Shown here in pieces: positions 19,574 to 29,750 of a DNA stretch of 64,000 nucleotides. Both the position numbers and the translations under genes were made by a program. Every line of letters begins with the position of its first letter. Positions within the stretch are counted from its first letter, which is position 1. The notes under the pieces were generated by a model. The model was not told the origin of the DNA and ran no database searches. It worked only from the letters and a program-made list of their open reading frames with translations. The stretch lies in the NCBI GenBank assembly GCA_963751275.1, contig CAVVTZ010000007.1, positions 96,001-160,000 on the forward strand, in the 5' to 3' direction. Source of the stretch: an uncultured Gemmatimonadaceae bacterium. GTDB taxonomy: Bacteria > Gemmatimonadota > Gemmatimonadetes > Gemmatimonadales > Gemmatimonadaceae.

Positions 19574-20343
19574 AGGCCCGTCGGCACGTCCAGGAAGGAC
19601 CACTCCAATCCGAAGTGCGCGGCCGCATGCTCCGTGATCGCGCGCACCCCGAGCACTTCGGTGGCGTAATGGCCCGCGTAGATCACCGCGATGCCGAGTT
19701 CTTCGGCGTCCACCGCACTGTGATGCGGACCCTCACCGACGATGAGCGTGTCGATCCCGCGCTCGGCCGCTTCGCGCAGCGTCTCCGTGCCTGCCCCGGC
19801 CCCGCTGCAGATCGCCCAATGATGCGTCATCCGGCCGTCACGCATTCCGGCGGTCCTGACCGTTGTCGCGTACTGCGCTGCGAACGCTGAGGCTCGCTGG
19901 ATGAGCTGCGCGGTCGGGAGCTCGGCGCGGCCGGCGACGCCGATGTCGATCGACTCGTAGCGCGCGAACTTCTCCGTCGGTTCCAGGCCCAGCGTGCGCG
20001 CCAGCAAGGCGTTGTTCCCGAACTTCGGATGTGCGTCGAGCGGCAGATGCGACGAGTACACGCCGATCCCTTCGCGCAAGAGCGCGCGCATGCGACGGAA
20101 GAGCGGCCCGCGCAGCGGCTGCACGCCGCCCCAGAACAGTCCGTGATGGACGATGAGCAGTTGCGCTCCGGCGGCGTGCGCCATCTCGATCGTTCGCTCG
20201 CGGGCATCGACCGCGGCGGCGAGCCGCCGGATGTCCGCGGTCGTCTCCACCTGGATCCCGTTCACCGCTCCGGAGGAATCCGGCGTCGTCGCCGTGCCGA
20301 GAATCGCGTCGAGATACGCGCCGATCTCACCGATGGCGGTCAT
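19570..20343 (-). CDS. Nif3/YbgI-family dinuclear metal centre protein
   Basis: NGIQV, IVHHGLFW, HLPLDAHP..GNN, AGHYATE. Confidence 0.92.
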   Translation of the reverse strand: MTAIGEIGAYLDAILGTATTPDSSGAVNGIQVETTADIRRLAAAVDARERTIEMAHAAGAQLLIVHHGLFWGGVQPLRGPLFRRMRALLREGIGVYSSHLPLDAHPKFGNNALLARTLGLEPTEKFARYESIDIGVAGRAELPTAQLIQRASAFAAQYATTVRTAGMRDGRMTHHWAICSGAGAGTETLREAAERGIDTLIVGEGPHHSAVDAEELGIAVIYAGHYATEVLGVRAITEHAAAHFGLEWSFLDVPTGL

Positions 20344-20344
20344 C

Positions 20345-21379
20345 TCAGTGCGCCGCCGTCGTATCCACGAATTCGAGGTGCGGCGGCTTGATCCGGCCGC
20401 TGGCGATCCCGGCGCGCGCTGAGTCGAGCGCCGCACGCGCGGATGCCGAGATCGCACCGGCGAGCTTCGGATTCAGCACGAGTTCCACGACCTTCTCCTG
20501 CTCGCCGAGCCGGAGCACGCGCGCTTTGAACGTGCCATCCTTCACGCTCTGCGCAACGAGCAGGAACGCGTGCGGCAGATCGATCACCACGCTGCCGATG
20601 ATGACGTCCGGCGCGACGTCGTTCTGGTTCGCGTTGGCGCCGAACACATACACGCCCTTCGATTCACGCGCGGCCTGGAAGATCCCGAGCCCCGCGGCGT
20701 CCGCATTCTGGAAGATGACATCCACCCCGCGGTGGATCAGTGCGAGCGCCTGCTCCCTCGCGGTGCTCGCATCCTCCCAGCTGCCCACGTATGACGTCAG
20801 CACGGTGGTCGTGGGATCGATCGAGTGCACTCCCGCCTCGAACGCCAGGAAGCTGCTGCGCACCGGCGGCAACTCCGTGCCGCCAATCGCTCCGATGAAC
20901 TTGCTCCTGGTGAGCTTCGCTGCGAGGACGCCGGCGAGGTACGAAGGCTCTTCGAAGCCGAAGACGATCGGTGCGACGTTCGCGCGCACTCGATTCCCCG
21001 ACGTGGTGATGTATACCGTATGGGGGAAGTCCGGCCCCACCCGCGAGGCGGCATCCTGGAACTCGAACCCGTGGCCGAACACGAGGGAATATCCTTGCGC
21101 ACCATACTGACGGAAATTCTCCTCGAAATCGGCCGGCGACTTGGTTTGGATGTGACTGATCTGCGCGCCCAGACTATCGTGGATGCGCAGCAGTCCTTGA
21201 TATGCGCCGGCGTTCCACGCGTGATCCGAGATCGGTCCGGGTGTGAGAAGCGCGACGCGAAAATCGCCCTTTCCCGCCGTCTCCGGCCGCGCTTCGGACC
21301 GACATGCCAACACCGCGATGCACATCGCGATGTGCGTGGCTGTGGAGACCGCACCGAAAGCACTGCGCGCGCTGAGCAT
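20345..21379 (-). CDS. BMP-family ABC substrate-binding lipoprotein
   Basis: Lipobox VLAC; PGPISDHAWN, VFGHGFEF, SYLAG, DVIFQNAD. Confidence 0.9.
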   Translation of the reverse strand: MLSARSAFGAVSTATHIAMCIAVLACRSEARPETAGKGDFRVALLTPGPISDHAWNAGAYQGLLRIHDSLGAQISHIQTKSPADFEENFRQYGAQGYSLVFGHGFEFQDAASRVGPDFPHTVYITTSGNRVRANVAPIVFGFEEPSYLAGVLAAKLTRSKFIGAIGGTELPPVRSSFLAFEAGVHSIDPTTTVLTSYVGSWEDASTAREQALALIHRGVDVIFQNADAAGLGIFQAARESKGVYVFGANANQNDVAPDVIIGSVVIDLPHAFLLVAQSVKDGTFKARVLRLGEQEKVVELVLNPKLAGAISASARAALDSARAGIASGRIKPPHLEFVDTTAAH

Positions 21380-21489
21380 GGAGCTTCGCCTCACCGTTCG
21401 GTGGATGACTGTGGAGAATGTTGAAAGGCGGCCATCCTGCGCAAGCGGGACGGCCGCCTTATTGGCGAGCCAGGTGCGGTGCGCGAAGC

Positions 21490-21927
21490 TCAGCGCACGA
21501 CGGCGACCGATGCGGGTGATCCCGTCGGGCTGATCGCGCCTTCGCGCGCATCCACGATGCGGACGTTGCCGTTGATCTTGCCGCCTTCCATCACGGCGAT
21601 CGTCTTCGTGGTGATATTGCCGATGATGGTCGAGGTGCTCTGCACTTCCAGGCGCTCCGATGCGGTGACGGCACCCTGCACCTTGCCGCCGATCACGGCT
21701 TCGCGAGTGCTCACATCGCCACGTACTTCTCCCTGGCGTCCGATGAGCACTTGGCGGCCGGCGCGCACGGCGCCTTCCACTCTTCCCTCGATGCGGATCA
21801 CGCCATCGGTGTCGATGTCCCCATCGATCGTGGTGCCGGCCGCGATGATCGAGAGGGAGGTGCCGGCGGAGAGCGGTGCGGAGCGACTGGCTTCCGGTGC
21901 GGCGGAGTCCTTACTGAAGATCGCCAT
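21490..21927 (-). CDS. Bactofilin (polymer-forming cytoskeletal protein)
   Basis: SIIAAGTTIDGDI..IRIEGRVEG..IGGKVQG..GNI..GGKING beta-helix repeats. Confidence 0.92.
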   Translation of the reverse strand: MAIFSKDSAAPEASRSAPLSAGTSLSIIAAGTTIDGDIDTDGVIRIEGRVEGAVRAGRQVLIGRQGEVRGDVSTREAVIGGKVQGAVTASERLEVQSTSTIIGNITTKTIAVMEGGKINGNVRIVDAREGAISPTGSPASVAVVR

Positions 21928-22714
21928 GCGCTGGTCCCTTGGTCACGATCGCGGCGGGATTCACCTGGATTCCGTCGCGAATGATTTCGAAATGCAGGTG
22001 CGCCGGGAGCGCGCCTGAACTGTCACCGGAGATTGCGATGATCGCGCCCGCGGCGATCAGCTCGCCGTTGTGAACGCGCACTTGGAGCAGGTTCCCGTAC
22101 AGGCTCTCATATCCCTGCCGATGCCGTATTCGCACGACGCGCCCATACAGCGAGTCGTCACGTACTTCGACGACCGAACCCGCGCCCGCGGCACTGACCG
22201 GTGTGCCGCGCGGCACCGCGACCTCGATCCCCACCAGCTTGGCGGCCGAGGCAGGCTGGTCGATCAACTGGCCCGCGATCGGCAACGGCCATGCGTTCGG
22301 CAGCCCGGCACTGTCCGCCGCCGTCGCGGCGGAGGCCGTCCCCGATGCGCCCATCATCTTCTGCACCTGCTGGAACCGTCCTTCGGCTTCCGCGAGCGCG
22401 CGCTTGAGCGTATCGAGTTGCTGCGCATCGTGCTCGAGCGCAGCGAGCCGGCGCGAGAGCACCTGCACTTGCACGGCCTTCCCGGCGAAGTAGATCCAAC
22501 TCACAGTGCCGAGCACGACGAGCACGGCGGCGAGCACAGCGCCGAGCCGGAGCAATTTCACTTGGCGCACGCTCAGGATGATCATGCGGTTCGCCAGCCC
22601 GCTCTCCCGCTGCACGTGGATGATCATCGCGCCGGCGTGCGGTGTGTAGATGTTCCCGTAGCCGCGTTGTCCGGCTTCCTTGTCTTTGTCCTTCTCCCCT
22701 TCCTGCTCCGTCAT
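21911..22714 (-). CDS. Membrane-anchored M23/LytM-domain protein with degenerate active site
   Basis: TM + coiled coil + WP..G, GTPVSAAG, YGRVVRIRH, HLHFEI; HxxxD motif replaced by LVGIE. Confidence 0.85.
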   Translation of the reverse strand: MTEQEGEKDKDKEAGQRGYGNIYTPHAGAMIIHVQRESGLANRMIILSVRQVKLLRLGAVLAAVLVVLGTVSWIYFAGKAVQVQVLSRRLAALEHDAQQLDTLKRALAEAEGRFQQVQKMMGASGTASAATAADSAGLPNAWPLPIAGQLIDQPASAAKLVGIEVAVPRGTPVSAAGAGSVVEVRDDSLYGRVVRIRHRQGYESLYGNLLQVRVHNGELIAAGAIIAISGDSSGALPAHLHFEIIRDGIQVNPAAIVTKGPAHGDLQ

Positions 22715-23622
22715 AGCGAAATGCGCCTCGCGCCCAGGATCAGATCGATGAGGCGCTCGAGATCCTCCATCGAGTAGTACGAGATCTCGATCTTCCCCCG
22801 CCCCGACGCACTCTCGCTCACGGTGACGTCGGTCTGGAAGAAGCGCCGCAATTCCTCCTGCGTCTGACGGATGGCGATGTCGCCCCGCTGCGCGCTCTTC
22901 GGCGCGCTCTTCTTCTTGGCGCGCTCACGCGGTGCGGCACCGTCGCGCGCGCGCCGCTCGACATCTCGAACGGACAATCCCTGCGCCACAATCTCGAGGG
23001 CGAGCGCGATGATCCGCTTCTCGTCATCGAGGGTCAACAGCGCACGCGCATGTCCTAGCGTCAGCTGCCGGGCGTGAACCATCTTGCGAACCGAATCAGG
23101 TAACTGCAACAAGCGCAATATGTTAGCTACTGTTGACCGATCCTTTCCTGTCACCTCGGCCACTTCTGCCTGCGTGAGTGAAAAGTCCCGCATCAAATGG
23201 CGATACCCTTCGGCTTCTTCGATCGGATTGAGATCGGCGCGCTGGAGATTCTCCACGAGCGCAAGCGTGAGCAGCGCGCGGTCATCGATCTCTTTGACCA
23301 CAGCGGGGATCTCAGGCCAACCTAGTCCGGCCGCGGCACGCAGACGCCGCTCGCCGGCGATCAGTTCGAATCCATCTCCGGAAGGCGCGGGCCGTACGGC
23401 GATCGGATTGAGCAGACCATTCTCGCGGAGACTTGCTTGCAATTCCGCGAGCTCCTGCGCATCGAATTCCTTTCGAGGCTGATACGGATTCGGTCGAATA
23501 CGCGTGATCGGGATACTCCGCAGCGCGTTTCGATCTTCTGCGATGATTTCCGTGGCGGTCGAATGACCCGAGAGCAGAGCTTCGAGCCCACGACCTAACC
23601 GACGCGGCTTTTCAGGAGGCAC
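22711..23622 (-). CDS. parB: Chromosome partitioning protein ParB
   Basis: LGRGLEAL, NPYQPRK, IAGERRLRA, ENLQRADLNPIEEA, HTH. Confidence 0.97.
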   Translation of the reverse strand: MPPEKPRRLGRGLEALLSGHSTATEIIAEDRNALRSIPITRIRPNPYQPRKEFDAQELAELQASLRENGLLNPIAVRPAPSGDGFELIAGERRLRAAAGLGWPEIPAVVKEIDDRALLTLALVENLQRADLNPIEEAEGYRHLMRDFSLTQAEVAEVTGKDRSTVANILRLLQLPDSVRKMVHARQLTLGHARALLTLDDEKRIIALALEIVAQGLSVRDVERRARDGAAPRERAKKKSAPKSAQRGDIAIRQTQEELRRFFQTDVTVSESASGRGKIEISYYSMEDLERLIDLILGARRISL

Positions 23623-23679
23623 GAGCAGGGCCCTCGGTGATGGTGAGCCGGCGGACCTCGAGTGACCGGACGCGGCGCG

Positions 23680-24513
23680 TCAAGCCCGAGACTCGGTGGC
23701 GACAGCAGGCGCGTGCGCGCGCTCGACGGGCGCCTCAGACTGCGGTTGCGAATGACGACGGAGCAATTCGCGTGCGATCCCCATGTATGCCTGAGCGCCG
23801 ACGGATGTGACGTCGTACAGGATGATCGGTTTGCCGAAACTCGGCGCTTCGGCTAGACGCACGTTCCGCGGGACCATCGTCTCGAAGACCTTCGCGCCGA
23901 AATATTCGCGCGCATCGGCAGCGACCTGGCGCGAGAGATTCAACCGCGCGTCGTACATCGTCAGCACGACGCCATCGATGTTCAGCGTCGGATTCACGCT
24001 CCGTTGCATCATGTGCACCGTGTTCAAGAGCTGCGACAGCCCCTCGAGCGCATAGTACTCGCACTGGAGCGGTATGAGGATCGCATCCGCCGCCGCAAGC
24101 ATGTTCACCGTGATGAGGCCGAGTGAAGGCGGGCAATCGATGAGTACATAGTCGTAGCGATCGAGGATCGGTGCGATTGCTTCGCGCATCGCGAGCTCGC
24201 GTCGTGGCCGATCGACCAACTCGATCTCCGCCCCCGCCAGGTCAGGGGTAGCCGGAGCGACATCGAGGTGTGCGAATTGGATCGAGCGCAGGATGATCTT
24301 CTCGAGCGGTACTTGGCCGATCAGCGCATCGTAGACCGTGAGTTTGACCTTCTCTCCCTCGAGCCCAATGCCGCTGGTCGCGTTGCCTTGCGGGTCACCG
24401 TCGATGAGCAGTGTGCGCTGCTCCGCCGCCGCGAGACTCGCCGCGAGATTGACCGCAGTCGTCGTCTTGCCAACTCCGCCCTTTTGATTCGCGATCGCGA
24501 TAACCCTGGCCAC
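23680..24513 (-). CDS. parA: Chromosome partitioning ATPase ParA/Soj
   Basis: NQKGGVGKTTT, DPQGNA, IDCPPSLG, QCEYYALEG, LAEAPSFG. Confidence 0.97.
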   Translation of the reverse strand: MARVIAIANQKGGVGKTTTAVNLAASLAAAEQRTLLIDGDPQGNATSGIGLEGEKVKLTVYDALIGQVPLEKIILRSIQFAHLDVAPATPDLAGAEIELVDRPRRELAMREAIAPILDRYDYVLIDCPPSLGLITVNMLAAADAILIPLQCEYYALEGLSQLLNTVHMMQRSVNPTLNIDGVVLTMYDARLNLSRQVAADAREYFGAKVFETMVPRNVRLAEAPSFGKPIILYDVTSVGAQAYMGIARELLRRHSQPQSEAPVERAHAPAVATESRA

Positions 24514-24633
24514 GATGCTCCGGATAGATGGGTGCCGGTCCCGGCCGGCGAAGGGCGGAATATAGGCGCGCGTTCGTCAGGTAGCTAGAAATTCAAGAAA
24601 GCCCGCATCGAATGCGCACACGACTGGGCCGAA

Positions 24634-24649
24634 TGTTCCACGTGGAACA
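24634..24649. promoter_or_regulatory. parS site
   Basis: Perfect palindrome TGTTCCACGTGGAACA upstream of parA. Confidence 0.93.
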
Positions 24650-24878
24650 CACATCGAATTCACAGACTTTTCTACTTCATCGCAAACAATGGCATAAATA
24701 TACTAGTTTTAGCGACAATATAACGACACTAATAGGCCAATATCACCATATTATCACGATTACTGCCTGTTGATATCGCAGCTTCGCGCGAACTTAACCA
24801 CAATGCTCAAGCCCGCGCTGGAATTCTCCCCCGGAGTACGATCGAAAGCTCATTTCCATATTTAATAGCGATATGATA

Positions 24879-26819
24879 CTAAATGCGTGCGTCCCGGTCC
24901 CCCCGGTCGCGCGTCACCTCCAACGCCAAGTTCTGCAGATCACTCGCGCTCACCCCCGAGATCCGCCCCGCTTGCGCCAGCGTGCGCGGCCGAACCAACG
25001 CCAACTTCTGTCGCGCTTCCACTGCCAACGAGCGCATTTCCCCATAGGGCAGATCGGGCGCAAGCGCGAGATCGCCCAAGCGCCGCATGCGATCCGCGAG
25101 CACGCGTTCCCGCTCGAAGAACCCGGCGTACTTCAACTCGAGTTCCACGCCGGCCACCGCATCGCTGGAGAAACCACCCTCGACTCCCGCAGCGCGGAAC
25201 AGCGCGGCGAGCGAGATGTGCTGTCGCCGCGCCACATCGCGGATCCGCATCGCATGCGGCAGCGCGGTGCTGCCCAGCGCCTCCAACAACGGCGCGGCCT
25301 GCTCGGGCGTGATGCTCCCGCGCGCCGCTGCCGCGCGCACATCCTCCGCCTCCGCGAGACGCCGCGCAACCAACGCCTCCTCACCTTCCCGGTAAACGCC
25401 CAGCGCGCGAGCGAATGGCGCCAGCCGCGCCAGCGCGTTGTCCTGGCGCACGGTGAGCCGGAACTCGGAGCGCGAAGTGAACAGCCGATACGGCTCATCG
25501 ACGCCGCGCATGACGAGATCATCCACCAGCACGCCGATGTATGACGTCTCCCGCCCAAGGATCAACGGCGCTCGGCCCTGCACCATCAGCGCGGCATTCA
25601 GGCCGGCCACCACGCCCTGCCCCGCCGCTTCCTCGTACCCGGTCGTGCCGTTGATCTGCCCGGCGAAATACAGTCCGCCGATCGCCTTCACCGCGAGCGT
25701 CGCGTCGAGCTGCGTGGGATCGCAGTAGTCGTACTCGATCGCGTAACCCGCGCGCGTCATGCGCGCGTTCTCCAGCCCCGGCACCGCGTGCAGCATCTCC
25801 ACCTGCACCTCCGCGGGCAGCGACGTCGAGAGTCCGTTCACGTACAGCTCGCTCGTGTCGCGCCCCTCGGGCTCCAGGAACAATTGGTGGCGCGACACGT
25901 CCGGGAACTTCACCACCTTATCCTCGACGCTCGGACAGTAGCGCGGACCGCGCCCGGCAATGGCGCCGCCGTACATCGCGGACCTGTGGAGGTTCTCCGA
26001 GATGATGCGCTTCACCTCCGCACCCGCGAACGCGATCCAGCATGGCATCTGCTCCGGGTGCCGCGTCCGCCCTTCCGTGCGGCGCGCATCGGGCCAGAAA
26101 TGCGACCAGGAGAAATCGAATTCCTCGATCTCGCTCGGCTGCAGCGGCAGCTTCGCGAGATCCACCGAACGCCCGTCGACCCGCGGCGGCGTGCCGGTCT
26201 TGAATCGGGCATGCACGATGCCGATGTCGTCGAGCTGCTGCGCCAGATGCGTGGACGGCGCGTCGCCCGCGCGTCCGCCGGGCACCTGGGTATCGGTCCC
26301 GATGTGGATCCGGCCGCGCAGGAAGGTGCCGGTGGTGAGGATCACCGCGCGGGCTCCGAAGCGCCGACCTTCGAGCGTCTCGATCCCCACCACGCGCTGG
26401 CCCGGCGCATCGATCAGCATGCGCGCGACCGTGCCCTGCACGGTGACGACGTTCGCGTGCTCCTCGAGCAGCGAACGCACCGCGCGCCGATACAGGCCAC
26501 GATCGCATTGCGCCCGCGGCGCCCACACCGCTGGCCCCTTGCTGCGATTGAGCATCCGGAACTGCACCGAAGCAAGATCGGTGGCGCGCGCCATCAATCC
26601 GCCAAGCGCGTCCACTTCGCGCGCCACGGTCCCCTTGGCGATCCCGCCGATCGCGGGGTTGCAAGACATCTGACCAATGGTTTCGAGCGCCGCGGTCACG
26701 AGCACGACCCGGGCGCCGAGGCGCGCGGCGGCCGCCGCGGCCTCCGTGCCGGCGTGGCCGCCGCCAACGACGATCACATCGGCGTCGAATTCATTGTCGC
26801 GGGGCAGGGGCGTGGACAT
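24879..26819 (-). CDS. mnmG: tRNA uridine 5-carboxymethylaminomethyl modification enzyme MnmG (GidA)
   Basis: [45 protein letters not shown]. Confidence 0.97.
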   Translation of the reverse strand: MSTPLPRDNEFDADVIVVGGGHAGTEAAAAAARLGARVVLVTAALETIGQMSCNPAIGGIAKGTVAREVDALGGLMARATDLASVQFRMLNRSKGPAVWAPRAQCDRGLYRRAVRSLLEEHANVVTVQGTVARMLIDAPGQRVVGIETLEGRRFGARAVILTTGTFLRGRIHIGTDTQVPGGRAGDAPSTHLAQQLDDIGIVHARFKTGTPPRVDGRSVDLAKLPLQPSEIEEFDFSWSHFWPDARRTEGRTRHPEQMPCWIAFAGAEVKRIISENLHRSAMYGGAIAGRGPRYCPSVEDKVVKFPDVSRHQLFLEPEGRDTSELYVNGLSTSLPAEVQVEMLHAVPGLENARMTRAGYAIEYDYCDPTQLDATLAVKAIGGLYFAGQINGTTGYEEAAGQGVVAGLNAALMVQGRAPLILGRETSYIGVLVDDLVMRGVDEPYRLFTSRSEFRLTVRQDNALARLAPFARALGVYREGEEALVARRLAEAEDVRAAAARGSITPEQAAPLLEALGSTALPHAMRIRDVARRQHISLAALFRAAGVEGGFSSDAVAGVELELKYAGFFERERVLADRMRRLGDLALAPDLPYGEMRSLAVEARQKLALVRPRTLAQAGRISGVSASDLQNLALEVTRDRGDRDARI

Positions 26820-26900
26820 CCTCGAAAGGTGTCGCGTCCGCGCCCGTTCGCGAAAGGGCGGCGGGTGGACAATCGCGGGCACGCGGCCCACACTAGAGTC

Positions 26901-27185
26901 ATGGCACTCGAAATCCACCGCAATGCGCCGACCATGATGATCCGCCGCGAGGCGTGGGAACGCTCGGGCCTCACCCGGGCCGCGATCGATCAGCTCTTCA
27001 ACCTGACGCCCGAGGAGTTCCGCGTCGAAGGTGGGATGATCGCGATCGGTCCGATCTTCGACGACGCGCACGTCGAACTGCTCATCACCGCATTCGAGCG
27101 GGCTGGACTCATCTATTTCGAAGAGTTCTTCGAACTGTCCGGCAACTGGCCGGAGTGGCTGACAGTGTTCGCTCAAGGGCGCTGA
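26901..27185 (+). CDS. Hypothetical protein (94 aa)
   Basis: Protein-like composition, ends [12 protein letters not shown]; divergent from mnmG. Confidence 0.7.
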   Translation: MALEIHRNAPTMMIRREAWERSGLTRAAIDQLFNLTPEEFRVEGGMIAIGPIFDDAHVELLITAFERAGLIYFEEFFELSGNWPEWLTVFAQGR

Positions 27186-27187
27186 CC

Positions 27188-27218
27188 GCGCGCCGGAAGC
27201 GCGCCGGAAGCGCGCCGG
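27188..27218. repeat. 11-bp tandem repeat (GCGCGCCGGAA)x2.8
   Basis: Fills the gap between two convergent stop codons. Confidence 0.8.
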
Positions 27219-27752
27219 TCAGGTCGGCAGTTCGAGCTGTTGCGCGATGGTGGTCCAGCGTTCCACGTGCGCGATGCCGTCCTCGATCCGCTCGATCACG
27301 ACCTCTTCGCCGGCGCCGATCACGCTGCCATCGAGACTGCGCGCCTCGGCGCGACGCGCGACCAATGCCTCCACGAATTCGATCTCGCCACCCGCGTGGC
27401 TGCCTACCGGTTTGACGACACGCGCGAAGTGTCCCTGCAGCTCGTAGCGCGGATCCTTCACCTCGCGCGACGCGCTCGGCACGGCCCATCCGGCGATGAC
27501 GGCCACCATGCCGGCCGCGGCCGCGCCCGCGCTCGCCGCGGCGATCGCGAGGATCGCCGCCGGATTGAGCCCGGTGTAGCGCACGAGCGGATAGCCGACC
27601 ACGCCGAACACCGTCGCGAACGCCGCGAAGGTGGGCAGATTCAGGTACCGGACGCGCAGGCTGTATCGCTCACGCTGGTCAATGCCACCGACCATGCTCA
27701 CCACACCGGCGATGAGACCGGCGAGCAGGAACCCGAGCGTCACATAGAGCAT
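27219..27752 (-). CDS. NfeD-like membrane protein (C-terminal OB fold)
   Basis: Three TM helices then G..ARV..GEI..ARS..I..GEEVVIERIEDGIAHV. Confidence 0.7.
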   Translation of the reverse strand: MLYVTLGFLLAGLIAGVVSMVGGIDQRERYSLRVRYLNLPTFAAFATVFGVVGYPLVRYTGLNPAAILAIAAASAGAAAAGMVAVIAGWAVPSASREVKDPRYELQGHFARVVKPVGSHAGGEIEFVEALVARRAEARSLDGSVIGAGEEVVIERIEDGIAHVERWTTIAQQLELPT

Positions 27753-27753
27753 C

Positions 27754-28656
27754 CTACTTCAGGACGGGGAGCTCGAGGTACTTCCGGAACCAGGCAATCG
27801 TGGCGGGCCACGCGGCCTGTGACGCGGCCATGTTGGCGCCGTTCATCCCCATCTGATCGCGCAGGAATCCGTGTCCCGCGCCGGCGAAGATGGTCGGCTG
27901 ATAGGTGCGCCCGAGCTTCTTGAGCGTGCTGTCGGTGGCCGGGACCATGGACGAGATCCGGTTGTCCATCCCGCCGTAGAGGCCAAGGACCGGCGCGTGC
28001 ACTTTCGTGATCCACGAAGTGTCGGGCGACACACCGTAATACACGACAGAAGCCAGCACACCCGGCTGAGCGGCCGCACCCAGGAAGGAGACGCCGCCTC
28101 CCCAGCAGAAGCCGACAATGCCGTAGCGGGGGAGCGCCGACGGCAGATGCATCGCGTAATTCGCGGTCGCGACCAATGCGCGCTGGATGTCATCGGGCTT
28201 GAGCATCGCGATGAGTTTGCGCGCGGAGTCGACGGTGACGCTGTCCGGCCCGCCGGGGATCCGCTTGCCGGTGAGCATATCCGGAGCAATGGCGATGAAT
28301 CCCTGCGCCGCGAACTGATCGGCCACGCCACGCACCCACGTGGACATGCCGAAGATCTCGTGGACGACGACGACTACCGGCGCCTTCGTGCTGCGCTGCG
28401 GATAGAACACCCAGGCGCCGATCGAGTCGGTGCCTCCGGTGGAGATCATGACGTATTCGCGATGGCGCGGCGACGCGGCGAGGCGCGCCGCGGCACCGGC
28501 GGCATCGGCAGGGAGCATCGTGTCCATGGGAGCCGCGGCGGACGATGCCATCATGACATGATCGTGGTGCGTGTCGGCGGGCGTCGCGCCGCTCTGTGCG
28601 GCGGCGCCGGTCGCGAAGCTCAAGAGTGCAGCACTGAGGGTCCGGATCCTGGACAT
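27754..28656 (-). CDS. Secreted dienelactone hydrolase family protein
   Basis: Signal peptide; HEIFG, GFCWGG nucleophile, AGHGF. Confidence 0.9.
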   Translation of the reverse strand: MSRIRTLSAALLSFATGAAAQSGATPADTHHDHVMMASSAAAPMDTMLPADAAGAAARLAASPRHREYVMISTGGTDSIGAWVFYPQRSTKAPVVVVVHEIFGMSTWVRGVADQFAAQGFIAIAPDMLTGKRIPGGPDSVTVDSARKLIAMLKPDDIQRALVATANYAMHLPSALPRYGIVGFCWGGGVSFLGAAAQPGVLASVVYYGVSPDTSWITKVHAPVLGLYGGMDNRISSMVPATDSTLKKLGRTYQPTIFAGAGHGFLRDQMGMNGANMAASQAAWPATIAWFRKYLELPVLK

Positions 28657-28696
28657 GGCACGACTCCTTTCGAAGTGATTCGCGGATCGGAGCAAC

Positions 28697-29715
28697 CTAC
28701 CGTACGGGACCGGCTCCATCAACGCGGCGTGCGAGCTGCGCCTCGAGAAAATCGAGCGCGCGATGCTCGCCGTAGTAGCGGGGATTCCACGGGACACCGC
28801 CGGTGACGAACCCCACGTGCCCCCCGTGCGCCGGAAATTCGGTGTGGAGGGCCGGATTGTCGAGGGCGATGAGGCGCGCGGCATCGAGCACGTCCGGCGG
28901 CAGGAACGGATCATCGACCGCATTCAACAACAAGGTCGGCACACGGATCGCGTGCAGGAACTTGATCGAGCTCGACCGTGCATAATAGTCCGCGGCATCG
29001 CGGAACCCGTGTACCGGCGCGGTCATGGCATCGTCGAATTCCCACAACGTGCGTGCCGCTTCGATCGCGGCGAGCCGCACCTGTCCGGGGAACCGCGCAC
29101 TCTTCTCGCGCGCCTTCTTGCGGAGCGTGCGCAGGAAGTGGGCGCCATACACGCGGGAGAATCCCTGTTCCATGTACCGGCTGCCACGTGCCAGGTCGAG
29201 CGGTGTCGAGATGGCGGCAGCGCCGGCGAGCGATGGCGGCGTATTCACACCGCGCTCGCCGAGCCACTTGAGCAGGACGTTGCCGCCGAGTGAGACACCG
29301 GCAAGGACCAGGGGTCGCTCGGGCTCCGCGGCGGTGAGCCGGGTCACCACGAGATCGAGATCCCCGGTCTCGCCGGAGTGGTACGAACGGAGCAGACGGT
29401 TCGGTTCGTCGCCGCACGTGCGAAAGATGATGAGGTCCGCCGCCCACCCGCGGCAATGCGCGTCCGCGAAGAAGGCGCGCGCGTAGTGCGACCGCACCGT
29501 ACCCTCCAGGCCGTGCAGCAGGATGAGTCGCGGACGGCCGGGCGCCGCGTCGAGCCGGCACAGATCGAGGAAGTCGCCATCGGGCAGTTCCCACCGCTCC
29601 ATCCGCGCCGGGGGCACAGTGACCCGACGGAAGAATTTCCCCCAATGGTCTGGGCGTGGGGATTCCGCAGCCAGACGGGTGCGTGGAACGGCTCCGTCAC
29701 GCGGAACTCCGCCAC
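28697..29715 (-). CDS. YheT-family alpha/beta hydrolase (frameshift near 29644)
   Basis: LRNPHAQT in one frame, DGDFLDL, HGLEG, GVSLGG, DDPF, GGHVGF in another. Confidence 0.87.
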
Positions 29716-29750
29716 TTTCCCGCACGCTGCCGGCGCGATACCGTCATCGG

